From assembly GCA_963662285.2 (NCBI GenBank), contig CAXXMV010000006.1:928001-992000 (forward strand): a stretch of DNA of 64,000 nt. Direction: 5' to 3'. Origin of the DNA: a bacterium. GTDB taxonomy: Bacteria; Hinthialibacterota; Hinthialibacteria; Hinthialibacterales; Hinthialibacteraceae. Below are positions 28,945 through 38,827 of this stretch, piece after piece. The notes under the pieces were generated by a model that saw nothing but the letters and a program-made list of their open reading frames with translations, did no database searches and was not told the origin of the DNA. The translations under genes and the position numbers were made by a program. The first letter of the stretch is position 1, and each line of letters opens with the position of its first letter.

Positions 28945-29289
28945 TTATTGCTTGGAGCCATGTTCAACCGAGACGGTTGTGGTGATTCCACCACGGGCGC
29001 TGAAATGTCCTTCTACTCTCATCCATCGTGGTTGGCAGGCTTCGACCAGGTCATCCAGAATTGTGTTGGTGACCATTTCGTAGAAGATTCCCTCATTACG
29101 GAAATCTAACATATAGTATTTCAGCGCTTTGAGTTCTATGCACTTCTTGTCGGGAGTATATTCAATGATGATGGTTCCAAAATCGGGCAATCCGGTTTTG
29201 GGGCAAACCGAGGTGAATTCCGGGCATTCAATTCTGATATTATAATCCCGGTTGGGAAAGGCGTTATCGAAAGTTTCAAGTTTACTCAT
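28945..29289 (-). CDS. queF: NADPH-dependent 7-cyano-7-deazaguanine reductase
   Basis: [30 protein letters not shown]. Confidence 0.95.
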   Translation of the reverse strand: MSKLETFDNAFPNRDYNIRIECPEFTSVCPKTGLPDFGTIIIEYTPDKKCIELKALKYYMLDFRNEGIFYEMVTNTILDDLVEACQPRWMRVEGHFSARGGITTTVSVEHGSKQ

Positions 29290-29296
29290 ACTTCTC

Positions 29297-30424
29297 TCAC
29301 TTCTTTATTTTATCCCATAGCGGGGATAGATTGGCGATGCGGGCGGCGCGATCGGGCAGCGGGGGCTTGTTCTGATTAATGCCCAGCTGATACCAATAGG
29401 CTACGCTGCACCAGTCATCGGAACGCTCGTATAGTCCCTTGTTCCACCCGATCTGTTGGATCGTCAGTTTCTGCAAACGCTTAAAGCGAATAGGGTCAGT
29501 TACGTGCCAGCGATACAATGATATGTAGTTTGTATTATCATCGACGTTTTCAATCAAGGTGCAGCCGTGATAGAGATGCTGATATTTCCCCAGCCCCCAG
29601 GCGGAGCAGTAGTAATCTTCGGTCCCTGTACCGCAGATGGTGGGGAATTCTTTATCATCATTAATATAGAACTTCATCTCGCCTTCGCCCCACCAATGCG
29701 GCCCCAGGGTGCGTACGCCGATCATGGTTCCGATATAGACTCCCGGCGCATCGATGTTGTCGAGAATGATGTAGTCCTGCAATTCAACCGTAGGGTTTTG
29801 CCGACGCCATTGGGCATGGAACCGTCCGGTGTTATGGGGTAGTTTTTTCAATAAATCATAATCGATCTGGTAAAAGACTGATCCGATATTACTTTCACTA
29901 TCATTCTCCAGAGTAATTTTGGCGCCCTTTGCAAATGGCATGGCGAAGAAGAAATTGAAGCCGCGTCCTTCGGTCATGGATGTTAGTGATGAATAGACCG
30001 GCTGACTGACGCCATGCGCCTGACCTACGAAATCAAGAATGGGAACCTCGACGCTGGGGATATCGGAACCATCCCAATACATGCGCAGAATGGCGTTGCG
30101 GTAATGGTCGTTATTGGGACGAATGGTTATCCAGATATGATTGATCACTCCACAGTCCGGTATATCCATCAGGGTGAGGGTTTCTCCAGGCTTCAGGTTA
30201 TTAAAACAGGGCGCCCCTTTGCGTCCGGCTTTGGCTTGTCCGCCCACTCCCGGCAACCCTTGGGGATTCTCCATAGTTATGGCGCGCGACTCTGCATCAG
30301 TGATTAACGGCAGACTGGATGCCGTCCCCATCGCCAATGGATTTGATACCTGGGATGTCTGACATGAGGTTAAACTAAATAATCCAACGATTATTATTAT
30401 TGTTACAACGGATTTTTTCACCAT
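29297..30424 (-). CDS. DUF2961 / GH172-family lipoprotein
   Basis: Lipobox LTSC; [40 protein letters not shown]. Confidence 0.85.
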   Translation of the reverse strand: MVKKSVVTIIIIVGLFSLTSCQTSQVSNPLAMGTASSLPLITDAESRAITMENPQGLPGVGGQAKAGRKGAPCFNNLKPGETLTLMDIPDCGVINHIWITIRPNNDHYRNAILRMYWDGSDIPSVEVPILDFVGQAHGVSQPVYSSLTSMTEGRGFNFFFAMPFAKGAKITLENDSESNIGSVFYQIDYDLLKKLPHNTGRFHAQWRRQNPTVELQDYIILDNIDAPGVYIGTMIGVRTLGPHWWGEGEMKFYINDDKEFPTICGTGTEDYYCSAWGLGKYQHLYHGCTLIENVDDNTNYISLYRWHVTDPIRFKRLQKLTIQQIGWNKGLYERSDDWCSVAYWYQLGINQNKPPLPDRAARIANLSPLWDKIKK

Positions 30425-30481
30425 CTTCAATTCTCTCCTTTTATGATATGATGACGTGTTACGTATTGATTTAGTCGATTG

Positions 30482-30586
30482 AAGCATCAGATCCCTACCC
30501 CAAGCCTGGGGGAGGTTGGGAGGGGGTTGCGCAACCCCCCTCTAACTCCCCCGAGGCTTGGGGGGAGAATTTGCTTCTCAATACTT
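30482..30586. repeat. Uninterrupted family-A REP doublet bounded by AAGCAT.../...TCAATACTT
   Basis: Two CCCC-loop-GGGG hairpins joined by GGGGGTTGCGCAACCCCC; related copies at 33552-33596, 37443-37496 and 49579-49684. Confidence 0.8.
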
Positions 30587-30746
30587 TGTGTTATGCAAAG
30601 TTTATATCTGATCGATTCATATGACTAAACTATTACCTAGTCACAATGGTATGAAAGAATAATGTCGATGTGAAGGCTGCGTTTCCAATTGCTGCAATTA
30701 TTGGTGATTAAACAAAATACAATACAAATAGATTGAATGCTAACCT

Positions 30747-33002
30747 ATGATTTTTAATGACTTAAGTAAAACGGAACTAGAATCCCGTTTAAGAGCAGAA
30801 CTGAATCCTCCGCAGTATGAAGCAGTGACTCATACCGGAAGTCCGTTGTTGGTGCTGGCTGGCGCCGGAAGCGGTAAGACGCGGGTTATCACCTACCGCA
30901 TCGCTTATCTCATGGCGGTCGAGGGATTGTCGCCCTGGAATATTCTGGCGGTCACTTTCACCAACAAAGCGGCTAAAGAGATGCGCGACCGGGTCAGCAA
31001 ACTAACCGGCGGCGCTATGCGTGGAACCTGGATCGGAACATTCCATTCCATCTGCACCAGGATATTGCGTCAAGATGGAAAGATTGACGGCATCGATCCG
31101 AACTTCAGCATCTATGACCGCGCCGATCAGACCACTGCCGTCAAACAGGCTAAATCAAAATGCAACTTGGGTGACGACAAAATCCTGAAACCCAATTCGG
31201 TTCTCAACGCAATTTCAAGAGCCAAAAACATGTTCCTCTGGCCTCAAAAATATCAGGAACAAGCCAACAGCCTTTATGAAGAGAACATCGCCAAAATTTA
31301 TAAAGAATATCAAACCATCCTGCGTAATAACAACGCTCTCGATTTTGATGATCTGATAATGAATACCGTACGGCTGCTGGTGCAATATAAAGATGTCGGC
31401 GATGTTTACCGTAAGCGCTTCAAGCATATTATGGTCGACGAGTATCAGGATACCAATCATCCCCAATATTTGTTTATCAAAGAGTTAGCCAAAGAGCATC
31501 ATCAAATATGCGCAGTGGGAGATGACGACCAATCGATCTACCGTTGGCGGGGCGCCAATGTTGAGAATATCCTCAATTTTGAGAAAGATTATCCATCAAT
31601 TCACACAGTGAAATTAGAACAGAATTACCGCTCCACCAAAAATATCCTGTCCGCCGCATCCAGCGTGATACAAATAAATTCGTATCGTCATGAGAAAAAA
31701 CTTTGGACTGACAACACGGATGGAGACAAAGCGGGAATCGTCAATCTGCCTGATGAAGAATCGGAAGCCTTCTGGATTGTCGAAAAAATTCAAAAACTGC
31801 ACAATGATGATAAGGTTCCATTGGGCGACATCGCCGTCTTCTACCGGATCAACGCCCAATCCCGCTTATTTGAAGAGGAATGCATTCGACGAAGCCTGGC
31901 CTATTCTTTGGTCGGCTCAACTGCCTTTTATCAGCGCAAAGAGATCAAAGACGTTATGTCCTACGCGCGGCTGATGATTAACCCGGCTGACTATGCGTCA
32001 TTTGAGCGGATCATCAATATTCCCAAACGTAAACTGGGAAAGGTATCTCTACAGAAACTGGTCGATTTCGCTGAACGCGCTAAACTGCCCATTCTGGAAG
32101 CGGCGCTGAAAGCCCAGGAAGCGGGGGAGGGATCAGGCCTTGCCCTGGCGACGCGCAAGGCCTTCCATCAATTCGCATCGCTTTACCAGCGGTGGGCGGA
32201 TGAAGCCAATGATATATCACTGGTTAAATTGTTTGATCACATTACCCGGCAATCGGGCTATATGAAAGTTCTGGAAGATAGCATGGATATCCAGGATCAG
32301 ACTAGAATCGAGAATATCAAAGAATTAATCAACGCCGCAGGACAGTATGAAGATGAAATTGAAGCAAATCAGGGAGAAGAAACCGCAGCTCCTACTACTA
32401 CCCTGCTGACTTTGCAGGGATTTATGGAGAACGCTGCTCTGGTTTCTGAAGTAGATAATCTCAAGGATTCAGATGACGCCCTGGTTCTGATGACCATTCA
32501 CAGCGCCAAGGGATTGGAATTTCCCTATGTATTTATGGCTGGTATGGAAGAGAACCTGTTTCCCCATAAACGCTCTGTTGAATCTGATGCTTTAGAAGAT
32601 ATGGAAGAAGAACGCCGCCTATGTTATGTCGGAATTACACGGGCTAAAAAGCAGGTTTATCTGACTCACGCCTGCTCGCGGAGGCTTTATCAATTCCGGG
32701 AAGTGGCCGAACCAAGCCGGTTTCTGAAAGAAATCCCTGATCAATTCAAAGAAACCATCAACTGGAGCACCTTCAAAGATGATTCGGAAGAAGGGGAACT
32801 TCTTCAAAGCAGCAGGAAAGCAGCGCGAAAAAACCTAGAAACCAATTTCACTGAAAACGACTGTGTTACGCACCGCACCTTCGGGTTGGGCGTGATTATC
32901 GAAATTGATGGAGAAGGACCTAAAGCGCATATAACAGTTGATTTTCAATCAGTCGGCAAGAAAACCCTGGTCCAGCAATTCGCCCGGTTAACCAAGGTAT
33001 AG
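30747..33002 (+). CDS. pcrA: ATP-dependent DNA helicase PcrA/UvrD
   Basis: AGAGSGKT, VDEYQDTN, VGDDDQSIY.WRGA, LEQNYRS, MTIHSAKGLEFP, EERRLCYVGITRA; C-terminal Tudor-like domain. Confidence 0.93.
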   Translation: MIFNDLSKTELESRLRAELNPPQYEAVTHTGSPLLVLAGAGSGKTRVITYRIAYLMAVEGLSPWNILAVTFTNKAAKEMRDRVSKLTGGAMRGTWIGTFHSICTRILRQDGKIDGIDPNFSIYDRADQTTAVKQAKSKCNLGDDKILKPNSVLNAISRAKNMFLWPQKYQEQANSLYEENIAKIYKEYQTILRNNNALDFDDLIMNTVRLLVQYKDVGDVYRKRFKHIMVDEYQDTNHPQYLFIKELAKEHHQICAVGDDDQSIYRWRGANVENILNFEKDYPSIHTVKLEQNYRSTKNILSAASSVIQINSYRHEKKLWTDNTDGDKAGIVNLPDEESEAFWIVEKIQKLHNDDKVPLGDIAVFYRINAQSRLFEEECIRRSLAYSLVGSTAFYQRKEIKDVMSYARLMINPADYASFERIINIPKRKLGKVSLQKLVDFAERAKLPILEAALKAQEAGEGSGLALATRKAFHQFASLYQRWADEANDISLVKLFDHITRQSGYMKVLEDSMDIQDQTRIENIKELINAAGQYEDEIEANQGEETAAPTTTLLTLQGFMENAALVSEVDNLKDSDDALVLMTIHSAKGLEFPYVFMAGMEENLFPHKRSVESDALEDMEEERRLCYVGITRAKKQVYLTHACSRRLYQFREVAEPSRFLKEIPDQFKETINWSTFKDDSEEGELLQSSRKAARKNLETNFTENDCVTHRTFGLGVIIEIDGEGPKAHITVDFQSVGKKTLVQQFARLTKV

Positions 33003-33009
33003 TATCGTT

Positions 33010-33596
33010 CCCTCTCCCGCCGGGAGAGGGCAAGGGTGAGGGGGATGTTAAAACAACTTTGATGGGTGGTAAGAGGCGGGTGCCAAGGGCAGTGTTCTTT
33101 CTGCCCTTGACTGTAAACTATGGATAAACGGAATAATTTCTATTTTTATTCACTCTTATATAATGAATTTGGTTCAATTTTCAAACGCATATTGAATTAT
33201 TGAAACATGAATCATACGATCGAAACTATAAAGTTAATCATGATTCTATTTTCTGAGTGGAACATTGAAAAACATTATAGAAATTAAAAAGGTGAACTGA
33301 ATCAAGGGCAGAAAATACACTGCCCTTGGCGCCCAATATTGTCATATCTTCAGTTAATAGAATTTCTTATATTCTCCTATATTGATATTTGCGGGTAATA
33401 ATTAGACCCAAACTTGGGGGAGAATTTTGTTTCACGATGGGGTGGCAAGGGCAAGACCGCAATGCGGTCAGCCCTTGATCAAGCCACCTAATATAGAATG
33501 TAAGTCACTTAAGTAAATGACATTTGGTTAGAAGGGGATTGATCCTTCGAAGCGCAACCCCCCTCTAACTCCCCCCAAACTTGGGGGGAGAATTTT
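33010..33596. repeat. Mosaic of REP/MITE fragments between pcrA and nurA
   Basis: Family-B hairpin 33010-33047; family-C pair 33078-33334; GGGCTGATC-MITE right end to 33408; family-C hairpin plus IS4-like TIR 33441-33525; family-A REP 33552-33596. Confidence 0.8.
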
Positions 33597-33636
33597 GACT
33601 TACGCAATTTTTGTGAGATTCTTCAGGAGAAAGAAG

Positions 33637-34794
33637 ATGCATGATTGGGTATCCATCCAACAACAGATTGAAGGATGCGTTGAAAAACGGATTGATATGC
33701 AGCAACGGTTTTTTGAAGCTATCAGGAAAAAGGTTGATATCTTCGAAGGCGAATTGAGCGCCAACTGGGAACAATGGAAAGCCATTGCTCTTCAAACAAC
33801 CAGGCATCTGGCGCCGGATTTCGACGAAGCGCCTTCGACCACTTATCCGGTTGATGCAAATCCTGATCCGGGAGTAATGATCGCAACTGACGGGTCGCAG
33901 ATTTTCCCGAGTAAACACGAAATCTCTCCCCTGGCATTGATTACCGTCAGCCGCATCAAGATCGACTATAAGAATTATCAGGACATGCCTTTGATGGACA
34001 GCAAAGCATGGGTTCTAATGAGTGAGGACTTGCGCGAGAATCTCGAAAAAGAGCGCGAGATATCAATGGAAGATCTGGTATCCGACCGGCGCACTCTATT
34101 GGAAATGGATATCCTGGCTGAAATAGCTGAAGAGCAAGCCAAAGTAGAAAACTCACCGCCCATCATCGCCTTGTGCGACGGCAGCCTGATTCTATGGCGC
34201 CTGGCGGAACGTTTTGAAAAGAAATATGAGGAAGCCATTGTTGACGATTTCGTCAAGCATCTACAACGTCTGCAAAACTGCGGCGCCCTGGCGGCGGGTT
34301 ATATAAGCGGATCGAACAGCCGTGAAGTGATGAACCTGATCCAGCTGGTTGAAGAATCATTTGAGCCTGACCTGTTCGATGAAATGGCCGATGATCCCAT
34401 TGTGATCGATACGGTGTTATTCGGTAGAATATTAAAACCGGGGCAACGCTCCACCCTTTTTCACTCACAATCAAGAATCCTGCAAGAGAAATATGGCGAG
34501 CAACGGATTTCGTATTTCTACATGAATGTCGATGATGAAATCGCCAAGGTAGAGATTCCACAATGGATCGCTCAAGACAAAAAACTGGTAGACCAAATCG
34601 CCGCACATTGCCTGAGGCAGGCTAAACTCGGCGGTGGGTATCCGGTAGTGCTGGCGGAATCGCACGAACACGCCGTAGTGCGCGGCCCCGACCGGGAGAC
34701 GTTTTACGCCCTGGTCGAAGAGTCGCTCAGAAGAAAACAACTCGATCCCCATTCCTCAGCCAAACAAATGCGCAAACGCACGGCGATATTGTGA
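33637..34794 (+). CDS. nurA: NurA-family nuclease
   Basis: IATDGSQI, LCDGSL, KVEIPQW, GYPVVLAESHEHAVV. Confidence 0.85.
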   Translation: MHDWVSIQQQIEGCVEKRIDMQQRFFEAIRKKVDIFEGELSANWEQWKAIALQTTRHLAPDFDEAPSTTYPVDANPDPGVMIATDGSQIFPSKHEISPLALITVSRIKIDYKNYQDMPLMDSKAWVLMSEDLRENLEKEREISMEDLVSDRRTLLEMDILAEIAEEQAKVENSPPIIALCDGSLILWRLAERFEKKYEEAIVDDFVKHLQRLQNCGALAAGYISGSNSREVMNLIQLVEESFEPDLFDEMADDPIVIDTVLFGRILKPGQRSTLFHSQSRILQEKYGEQRISYFYMNVDDEIAKVEIPQWIAQDKKLVDQIAAHCLRQAKLGGGYPVVLAESHEHAVVRGPDRETFYALVEESLRRKQLDPHSSAKQMRKRTAIL

Positions 34795-34808
34795 AACCAT
34801 AATAATTC

Positions 34809-35042
34809 TCATTCCATATACTCCCGAAAATCATCCAAGGGAGCATCGAAATCGTCTTCCATCTGAATCAAGCCGCGGGCGTTGCCAAATCTAGGACTTG
34901 GTTTGTTGGAAGGCAAAGAAACTAGTTGTACCTTCTGGTTTTTATCGTGCAGAATGAAAACTTCTTCACCGGCAATCGCAGCAGAGATTAAATCCGGCAA
35001 TCTGGATTTTGCTTCTTCTAATTTGATCTGAAGCATTATCAT
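34809..35042 (-). CDS. Phd/YefM-DUF2281-type antitoxin, orphan
   Basis: EAKSRLPDLI.AA.AGEEV.I and FG.ARGLI.M.DDFDAPLDDF.EYM. Confidence 0.85.
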   Translation of the reverse strand: MIMLQIKLEEAKSRLPDLISAAIAGEEVFILHDKNQKVQLVSLPSNKPSPRFGNARGLIQMEDDFDAPLDDFREYME

Positions 35043-35194
35043 TCTCTTATCGAAGCATCTATCATGATTATAACATTAATAAGAATAAAATGAGGCTTGT
35101 ATTTGCTTTACTCTTGATATAATCACCTTAGATTCCTCAAAATCCCCTCTACTATCTGGATAAAACCATGGTGAAGGGGATATTGAACATACTA

Positions 35195-36514
35195 CTATTC
35201 CAGATAATCCAACAACCGACCGGCGTTGCGTACAAAGACGCCTGATTGAATTATTCCAATTCCATCGGGATCGCCGATATTATCCTGGTACTGTTTTTGA
35301 GCGCTTGATTCCATTTGGCTGATCCACCGCCCCTGTTTATCAAGTGATTCCAAATATGGTTCAACTTCTTTCAAGGCAACTCTACGTTTGATGGTTTTGG
35401 GTTTATCGGGAGATTTAGCAGAACCACTGAGCAACTCTTTATAAGTCTTTTCCAGACTTGGACTAAAGTAATTGCCTTGCCAGCTGTATCCCGGCCGTGC
35501 TAAGGCGACATCAAAAACAATCTCGCCTTCTGGCGTGCAATAAAGCGGGCGGTTTGATTTCAGTTCATAGAAACGCGCCCATTTGCCGTTAGGTAATTTT
35601 GAGTTATGCAGCCATTCAAACGCCGCCTGTCCTACGCCTAGATATTTGAGATCATTGGTCTCTTTATAAACATCAAGCATGACGTTAAGTACGCCAATAG
35701 ATTCAGCGGATGACAGCGCAATCGGTTCAAAGCGCCGCGCCGGGGCGGGCGTTCCATTGACCTCATACTGTTGCGCCCAGCCTCCCTGGGGTGATTTCCC
35801 CTGTAAAGCGATCAGGCAAATCGCTCCACGAAGGGCGGCGTCATAGTACCGCTTATCGCCGAATTGGTGATAACAGAGGAATAGCGTCCGCATAACATCC
35901 ATCATGGCTCTATCGTTCAAAGTAATATATCTGGAATAACCTTTACTCAGCGGGAAGGCCTGGGGCCAGCCTCCATTGGGGTATTGCGAATCGAGCATGA
36001 ACTGAGCGCAACGCCGGGCTGCTTTTGCAAATCGTTCTTCGCCGCTCACGTTGAATAGGTCAATCAGGAAACGGGTCGCGCCTTGGGTGACGTCATCGTC
36101 AAATGTCCCTGATTTATTTTTCTTATCTCCAGGCACGAATTCATGCGGAAAACCGCCGCAATCCAATTGACCGTCAATCAGCGCATCTCCAGCTGCTACA
36201 GCGATTTTCAAATAGGCTGGATCATGGAGCACTTGAGAAGCCCGCAGGAACAATCCTCCAACTCCCGGAGTGGCTGGCGGTTGTACGGTAATGATTTCAC
36301 GGGGACGCAGAGCATGTTCGCCCCAGGTCAATTTTAAATCAGAAGACCATTGCGTAGCCCAGCCGCCGTTTTGTTGAAGGCTATTCATATAGGACAAAGC
36401 TTTTCTTAAATCCTGCTCAACTTTTTTTCTATCAGCGTCTTGATCTGCAATGACATTAATTGAGATTAACCATAAGCATAATATCCCCAACGCCACGCTT
36501 CGAAACAATTTCAT
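35195..36514 (-). CDS. Pectate lyase, PL10/PelA-like
   Basis: TFDDDVT, SQYPNGGWPQ, YITLND, WAQQY...PAPARRFEP, WARFYEL. Confidence 0.85.
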   Translation of the reverse strand: MKLFRSVALGILCLWLISINVIADQDADRKKVEQDLRKALSYMNSLQQNGGWATQWSSDLKLTWGEHALRPREIITVQPPATPGVGGLFLRASQVLHDPAYLKIAVAAGDALIDGQLDCGGFPHEFVPGDKKNKSGTFDDDVTQGATRFLIDLFNVSGEERFAKAARRCAQFMLDSQYPNGGWPQAFPLSKGYSRYITLNDRAMMDVMRTLFLCYHQFGDKRYYDAALRGAICLIALQGKSPQGGWAQQYEVNGTPAPARRFEPIALSSAESIGVLNVMLDVYKETNDLKYLGVGQAAFEWLHNSKLPNGKWARFYELKSNRPLYCTPEGEIVFDVALARPGYSWQGNYFSPSLEKTYKELLSGSAKSPDKPKTIKRRVALKEVEPYLESLDKQGRWISQMESSAQKQYQDNIGDPDGIGIIQSGVFVRNAGRLLDYLE

Positions 36515-36842
36515 TAGAAGCCTCCATAAGAATTTTTTCCATGATAATCATTAAGTTATAGCTTAACACATTATTAATACCATAAAACATTCGGTTTTCC
36601 AATTTCGACACACCACTATTATGAAATTGTCCAGAACTGGAACAGTTATTTTTGAAATCAAAATTTAAATATAGATAAGAAAATTAGATATTAAAGAAGG
36701 TATTATTTTAATTTGGTTAAAGCCTCTCAAAATATCTTTGCCATATAAGCCTGTAACATGCTGTATGTTAAATACTTATCCATTTTTAATCAAAGAATCG
36801 ATTGTCTGCCTTACGTACCTTATATTTAGTTTTTTCCTGTGG

Positions 36843-36859
36843 TTGGTATGCATATTGCT
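36843..36859 (+). promoter_or_regulatory. Sigma54 (-24/-12) promoter
   Basis: TTGGTATGCATATTGCT, GG-N10-GC. Confidence 0.6.
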
Positions 36860-36963
36860 TTATATAAATATCAAGTAGGGATTAAAAAATTATCAGGAGG
36901 ATTAAATTAATATCAACGTTTATTCGTATTTGTTGGTAGAAGGGCCAAGAAGGAGTAATTATT

Positions 36964-37254
36964 ATGGATTCAATATTTAACACAATGACGGTCCCGGGGG
37001 TTGCAGCTAATTTGCTGTATATCAGCGTTTTCGGAATCATTACGGTTAGTCTGGTTATTTGGTGTGCTCGCATGATGCAAAAAAAATATCAGACCATACC
37101 CGTTAGTTTCTACCAACGACGCATTTGTCAATTGACAAACAAACATCGCCTTAGTCCTAAGGATCTGGAAATTCTGCGTGATTTCTCAAGAATGGAAAAA
37201 TCACGGAGGCAGGAGTATTACAATTACTTGAATAGAAACTCAGGATATTTTTAA
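36964..37254 (+). CDS. Small single-TM hypothetical protein
   Basis: AAGGAG RBS, one TM segment, terminator at 37321-37357. Confidence 0.6.
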   Translation: MDSIFNTMTVPGVAANLLYISVFGIITVSLVIWCARMMQKKYQTIPVSFYQRRICQLTNKHRLSPKDLEILRDFSRMEKSRRQEYYNYLNRNSGYF

Positions 37255-37574
37255 CATATAGCCTTTTCAAATAGTTCAATTTGAACAAAAGTCTTTTTTC
37301 ATATACCTCCTCCCCAATTGAAATAGCCGTTCGTTGGTTTCCAGCGAGCGGCTATTTCTATCTAAAAGTATCTGCTTCTTCCATGCATAAGAAATCATTG
37401 TAGAATGCTTATCTCAAAAAAAGAATATATTTTATTTGATTTAAGCATCTGATCCCTCCCCCCAGGCTTGGGGGGAGAATTTGATCATCAATGCTTTTCT
37501 TATAGTATTGTTTTAATCTTATTACTTTATATGGCTGAACTGCTGCATAAAAAGGAAACAACAAGAAATATTAA

Positions 37575-38228
37575 ATGTGCGCAAAAACGATTTATGAATA
37601 TCCCATAGAGATGGACCGGTTTCTAATCGCTCCAGGCAGCATCGATGAGTATCTTGATTTTGAAGCCATTTTTGGAAACAAGAATCCTGTCGAGATAGAA
37701 ATTGGATCAGGCAAAGGCCGGTTTATCCTGATCGAATCTCTCAAGCGTCCGGATGTTAATTTCATCGCAATAGAACGTTCGCAAAAATTTTTGCGGATAG
37801 GATTGCTGCGTGCGGCCAAAAATCCACGCCCTAATCTACAGTTTCTCTGTTGGAACGCAGATTTTATTTTGAAACTGCTGCTCCGCCCGAAAACCGTGCA
37901 AGCCTATCATGTCTACTTCCCAGATCCCTGGCCTAAAGGGCGTCATCAAAAAAGGCGTTTATTTAATCCCCGGTTGATTGAGAAAATGTCTGAGACTTTG
38001 ATTGATGATGGCGTACTGCGTCTGAGGACTGACCACGAAGAATACTTCGAAGATACCCACGCCCGCATCCTGGATAGCAACCTTTTTGAACTAGTAGAAG
38101 AAGACGTGTCCCAGGAAGCGCTCCAGAATTTTGAGGATGCAGAAGAAGCCGCCACGCATTACGAAATCAAGTGGCGCAAAGAATTCCGCAAAATATTTTC
38201 TGTTAGGTATAAAGTTTCTCGTCAGTAA
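37575..38228 (+). CDS. trmB: tRNA (guanine-N7)-methyltransferase
   Basis: EIEIGSGKG, FPDPWPK.RH.KRRL, RTDH, T.YE.K. Confidence 0.93.
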   Translation: MCAKTIYEYPIEMDRFLIAPGSIDEYLDFEAIFGNKNPVEIEIGSGKGRFILIESLKRPDVNFIAIERSQKFLRIGLLRAAKNPRPNLQFLCWNADFILKLLLRPKTVQAYHVYFPDPWPKGRHQKRRLFNPRLIEKMSETLIDDGVLRLRTDHEEYFEDTHARILDSNLFELVEEDVSQEALQNFEDAEEAATHYEIKWRKEFRKIFSVRYKVSRQ

Positions 38229-38270
38229 CCGATAATACATAATAAGAATTAATTTATTTTATATTGTTGA

Positions 38271-38690
38271 ATGGGCGATGAAATCATGGATAAAGTATTC
38301 TCTTCAAGAGTTTGGAACCCCGCTGCAATTTCTCCGGAAGCAATGATTATTGGAGCTATTGTTCTAATTGGAATCTTCTTTCTGTTCCCGTATATTCTCC
38401 GGAAATACTACCAGTACCTGGAATCAATGCGTTTTATGGAAGAGGTCTATGCGATGGCGCTGGAGGGAGAAGACTCCAGCATACTCAGGAACCTGGTTAA
38501 GCGCTATACGCTTAATGATCCTGTAAAGATTTTTTACTCTCTTCCTTTATTTGACGAACTTGTTCAAAAAGAGATGATGCGCGTTCTGCGAAATCCATAT
38601 TCGTCAAATACAAAAATGAAATACATAGATCATCTCTACGACCTGCGCCAAAAAATGTATTTCGAGCATGCGCATCAATATAACTCATAA
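38271..38690 (+). CDS. Single-TM hypothetical protein
   Basis: 139-aa ORF with an N-terminal TM helix. Confidence 0.6.
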   Translation: MGDEIMDKVFSSRVWNPAAISPEAMIIGAIVLIGIFFLFPYILRKYYQYLESMRFMEEVYAMALEGEDSSILRNLVKRYTLNDPVKIFYSLPLFDELVQKEMMRVLRNPYSSNTKMKYIDHLYDLRQKMYFEHAHQYNS

Positions 38691-38827
38691 ACCGAATTTA
38701 AGAAATTTATAAAAAAACAGTTACACTCCAGTCTTTATTATCCGCCCTCATTCAGGGCGTTTTTTTTATGTGGTATCCTGTATGCGTCGAATCGATAAAG
38801 GGATTGAGCAATTGAGGGGAAATTCCA

